This document shows positions 18,501 to 20,398 of a stretch of 20,398 nt of DNA, piece by piece. Position 1 is the first letter of the stretch, and each line of letters starts with the position of its first letter. The DNA lies in NCBI GenBank assembly GCA_963977015.1, contig CAXBMO010000046.1:1-20398 (forward strand). Direction: 5' to 3'. The stretch comes from an uncultured bacterium (GTDB taxonomy: Bacteria > Verrucomicrobiota > Verrucomicrobiia > Verrucomicrobiales > DEV007). Under the pieces are notes generated by a model, which was not told the DNA's origin, ran no database searches, and was given only the letters and a program-made list of their open reading frames with translations. The position numbers and the translations under genes were made by a program.

Positions 18501-18729
18501 CCGCAAAAATTGGTGCGCGGAGATTGGCCTGGCTGTGGACGAGATCGTAGTCGGCAATCTGGTTGTCGATTGGACAGATAAGGATGAAATCAAGAACCGC
18601 ATTCGAAATGAAATTGAAGACTACCTTCTCAAGTTCGCCAAGGAGCAGGACATAGAGTTTGGCTTCGATGAGATTGACCGATTTCTCGATGATGTCCTAC
18701 CTACCGCGGAGACGCGCTATCACCGATGA
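15550..18729 (+). CDS. hsdR: Type I RM restriction subunit R (HsdR)
   Basis: Nuclease RPDIVLFVNGIPLAVIECK; Walker A HTQGSGKS; DEGHR; GFTGTP; LLTGFDAP; QAIARVNR. Confidence 0.97.
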   Translation: MTSYFDSAENGERPDSEERLISQIPAIELLMKMGFTYLRPEEANELRGGRTSQVILTSILRQQLEKLNRISYRGNEYPFDDTAIDGAIAAITNLAYESLLLTSEQIYDLLSLGKSFLQTVEGDRRSFDIGFIDWENPENNAFHVTEEFIVERSGSKDKYRPDIVLFVNGIPLAVIECKPPGHVEEGIDDHLLKQQEDGITKLYQYCQILGAIDKESGMYGTLGTKKKFWSQWKAEVNQSALRKIVNAHLPDEDRVRLFWRRAESARVAEDPAERLPTAQDRFLFALFRPEELLKLTRLFVLYDAGEKKIARYQQYRAVRNALERVKTRTDEGVRRGGVVWHTQGSGKSLTMVMLGKSIALDPDLAGSRLILVTDRVELDKQIRDTFRYCGYDPVLAKDGQDLRQLIEGGKRTVVTTVINKFERAVKGRKNLDEDENLFVLVDEGHRTNFGSFHALMRKALPRACYLGFTGTPVMKQDRNNVKVFGDFIDKYTIDEAVEDEAVVRLLYEGRHIEQEVDQRTLDKWFERLMRDRSEREKADFKRKFGNADHVNRSEQRLEAIAWDISEHFANRFQSTGAKGQLVAPRKDVALRYHHMLNQIGMVSSEVLISGPDNREDEEDCDEAAVPTVRKFWKEMMDRFRTEERYNESLINRFKGRKDPEIIIVVSKLLTGFDAPNNTVLYIDKPLKGHTLLQAIARVNRRREGKDFGYIIDYYGVLGDLNRALSSYEALAEFEEDDLARALTPIEEETQNLPQAHADLWAVFAEVKNRKDDEQFAQCLQFQDRRDLFYERLNRFSRLFEMAMSSMKFLEKTPEATVQRYREDLRYFQKLRTRIRKRYAEEVDYQEYEKRIQKLIDRYVGAGEVTQVTELVDIFDKEKFDAEVEQLEGKASRADTIAHRTERTIREKWDEDPVFYDRFSKILKKVIADFRAQRITDAEYLEKVTDVLHTVRNRGEDETPEPLKHREEARAFYGHALDTLESAGNRKNWCAEIGLAVDEIVVGNLVVDWTDKDEIKNRIRNEIEDYLLKFAKEQDIEFGFDEIDRFLDDVLPTAETRYHR

Positions 18730-19430
18730 GACACGAGATCGACTACGGCTCCGGCAAGATTGAATTCGAGCTGCGGTATCGCGCTGCGGATTCGATCAGC
18801 TTCACCGTAAAACCGAGCGGGGAAGTCGAAGTGATTGCGCCAAAGAAAAAGCCGCTTGAGGCGATTCAGGACCGCGTCTTGAAGAGAGCGAAATGGATTC
18901 GCAAGCAACAACGTGAGTTTGAGACCTACGAAAACAGGGCCGATGACAGACGATATGTTAGCGGAGAATCCTGTCGTTACCTTGGCCGGCAATACCGGCT
19001 GCGGGTGGTCGAGCAAGAACCGCTTGGAGTCGCGATGTCCCGCCCTCACCTTCGAGTTTCGGTGCGTAATCGGCACGATTCGGAGGAAATACAACGGCGC
19101 CTCGAATCATGGCTTCGTGAACGCGCCAAGATTCGATTCTCAGAGCGCTTTGAGCGATGCCTCGAACAAGTTCGCCGCCATGGCATCACGAGCGAAGGCT
19201 TCAAGCTTCGCCGGATGGCTAAGCGCTGGGGATCTTGCTCCAGGGCTGGTGAGATTCTACTGAATCCCGAATTGATCAAAGCGCCCGTCGATTGCATTGA
19301 CTACGTGATTCTTCACGAACTCTGCCACCTCAAGGAATTCGAACACTCTCCTGCATTCTACCGGCTCCAGGATCGAGTCTGTCCAGACTGGGTTCGCCGA
19401 AAACACAGGCTTGAACGGGTGGAACTCTGA
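18726..19430 (+). CDS. YgjP/DUF45 (M48/SprT-like) zinc-dependent hydrolase associated with type I RM
   Basis: GE...YLG, RWGSCS, IDYVILHELCHL..HS..F (HExxH); ATGA overlap with hsdR. Confidence 0.9.
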   Translation: MRHEIDYGSGKIEFELRYRAADSISFTVKPSGEVEVIAPKKKPLEAIQDRVLKRAKWIRKQQREFETYENRADDRRYVSGESCRYLGRQYRLRVVEQEPLGVAMSRPHLRVSVRNRHDSEEIQRRLESWLRERAKIRFSERFERCLEQVRRHGITSEGFKLRRMAKRWGSCSRAGEILLNPELIKAPVDCIDYVILHELCHLKEFEHSPAFYRLQDRVCPDWVRRKHRLERVEL

Positions 19431-19436
19431 TCGCAA

Positions 19437-19850
19437 CTACGACTTTCGTGCGTTTGGGCAGGGTTTCTCCTCCATCCAATCAACCCGATGAAACCCACAT
19501 TCGAAAATCTCGTGCAGCGCATAGTGTTCGGATCCAACCCAGGCTCCGCCGCGCTCTGAGATCGGAGCATTGCAGTGAGGGCACCGATACTCGTTCAGCT
19601 CTTCCGTCGCCAACTCCAACTCAGTTTGCAGCTCCTTGAGCGCTTCTCCGCTTGCTAGTTTTTCAAGCGTAGCCCGCGGGTGCTTTTCGTAAATGTCGGG
19701 TAGTACCACGCGGAGAACTTCGATGGCGATGTCTTCAGCCTTCTTTCTGAACGTCGTAATGGCAATTTTGTCAGCAAGTGGCGGGCTGAAGTTCAGAATG
19801 TCGATTTCGAAAGCGGCTGATGCTCCTAGGATAAGAAGCGATCTTCGAGC
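19437..19850 (-). pseudogene. 5'-truncated gene remnant with a C-terminal Cys (Zn-ribbon-like) domain
   Basis: Frame stays open and protein-like upstream of GTG 19709 (…AAFEIDILNFSPPLADKIAITTFRKKAEDIAIEVLRVVLPDIYE…) with no ATG/GTG/TTG until it runs into the repeat at 19851; C-terminus CPHC…ECG…PCP. Confidence 0.6.
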
Positions 19851-19853
19851 ACG

Positions 19854-19885
19854 AAAAAAGGCGATCTGAAATTCAGACCGCCTTT
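19854..19885 (-). terminator. Rho-independent terminator of the right YRG gene pair
   Basis: Identical to 10248-10279. Confidence 0.8.
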
Positions 19886-19926
19886 GATCACGTCGAGTTT
19901 GCTGACCGAGTCAGCGATTCCCTAGC

Positions 19927-20130
19927 TTAGCGATTGAAGGTTCCGGTTTCGCCGCGGAAGGTGACTTCCACGTCCTTTTTCTGATGAGGCTTGGTGTTGG
20001 TTTCACCGGCCGCGCCGCGGTATTGGACGAGTTGGCTGCCTTGTTGCTGTTGCAACTGCTCGGAGCGTCCATTTTTGAGTTCGGACAGTTCGGCTGAGGC
20101 TCCGCGGTAGGTGATCGTTGAATTTTTCAT
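19927..20130 (-). CDS. YRG-motif mini-protein, copy C (67 aa)
   Basis: Differs from copy A by one residue (M to L) plus synonymous changes. Confidence 0.8.
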   Translation of the reverse strand: MKNSTITYRGASAELSELKNGRSEQLQQQQGSQLVQYRGAAGETNTKPHQKKDVEVTFRGETGTFNR

Positions 20131-20187
20131 TGTCGTATTTTGGTTGGAATGGGATTGAATTGGTTGATTGAGCGAATCAGAGGTTCG

Positions 20188-20391
20188 TTAGCGATTGAAG
20201 GTTCCGGTTTCGCCGCGGAAGGTGATTTCCACGTCCTTTTTCTGATGAGGCTTGGTGTTGGTTTCGCCGGTTGCGCCGCGGTATTGGACGAGTTGGCTGC
20301 CTTGTTGCTGTTGCAACTGCTCGGAGCGTCCATTTTTGAGTTCGGACAGTTCGGCTGAGGCTCCGCGGTAGGTGATCGTTGAATTTTTCAT
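20188..20391 (-). CDS. YRG-motif mini-protein, copy D (67 aa)
   Basis: Near-identical to A-C; 261 bp from copy C. Confidence 0.8.
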   Translation of the reverse strand: MKNSTITYRGASAELSELKNGRSEQLQQQQGSQLVQYRGATGETNTKPHQKKDVEITFRGETGTFNR

Positions 20392-20398
20392 TGTCGTA

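Larger units (their letters stand above)
19851..20398. repeat. Right copy of the ~550-bp direct repeat (runs to the window end)
   Basis: Same orientation and organisation as 10245-10793; 9606-bp offset. Confidence 0.95.

Overview
GC-rich bacterial DNA. Gene content (DUF1592-type cytochrome, A/C-rich leaders lacking a clear Shine-Dalgarno) suggests a Verrucomicrobia/PVC-group organism; this is an inference. The left half (1-10086) is mostly housekeeping or envelope genes: a small lipoprotein, htpG, a jacalin-like lectin, a DUF1592-family two-CxxCH protein, a tolQ/exbB-exbD-tonB/tolA-type operon, a lipoprotein, moeA and tRNA-Val(TAC). An accessory region follows the tRNA. Two ~550-bp imperfect direct repeats (10245-10793 and 19851-20398, the window end) each carry a terminator and a tandem pair of 67-69 aa genes built from three (Y/F)RG motifs. 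They bracket a ~9-kb type I restriction-modification locus: an uncharacterised gene with a degenerate PD-(D/E)xK-like look behind a palindrome- and hairpin-rich leader, a half-size hsdS, hsdM, hsdS, hsdR and a YgjP/DUF45-type gene. A 5'-truncated Cys-motif gene is cut at the right repeat. No integrase or tRNA 3'-end duplication is visible. The most novel-looking elements are the four-copy YRG mini-protein cassette (candidate sigma-54 promoter and enhancer, mosaic recombination between copies) and the structured leader plus unknown gene heading the RM operon.
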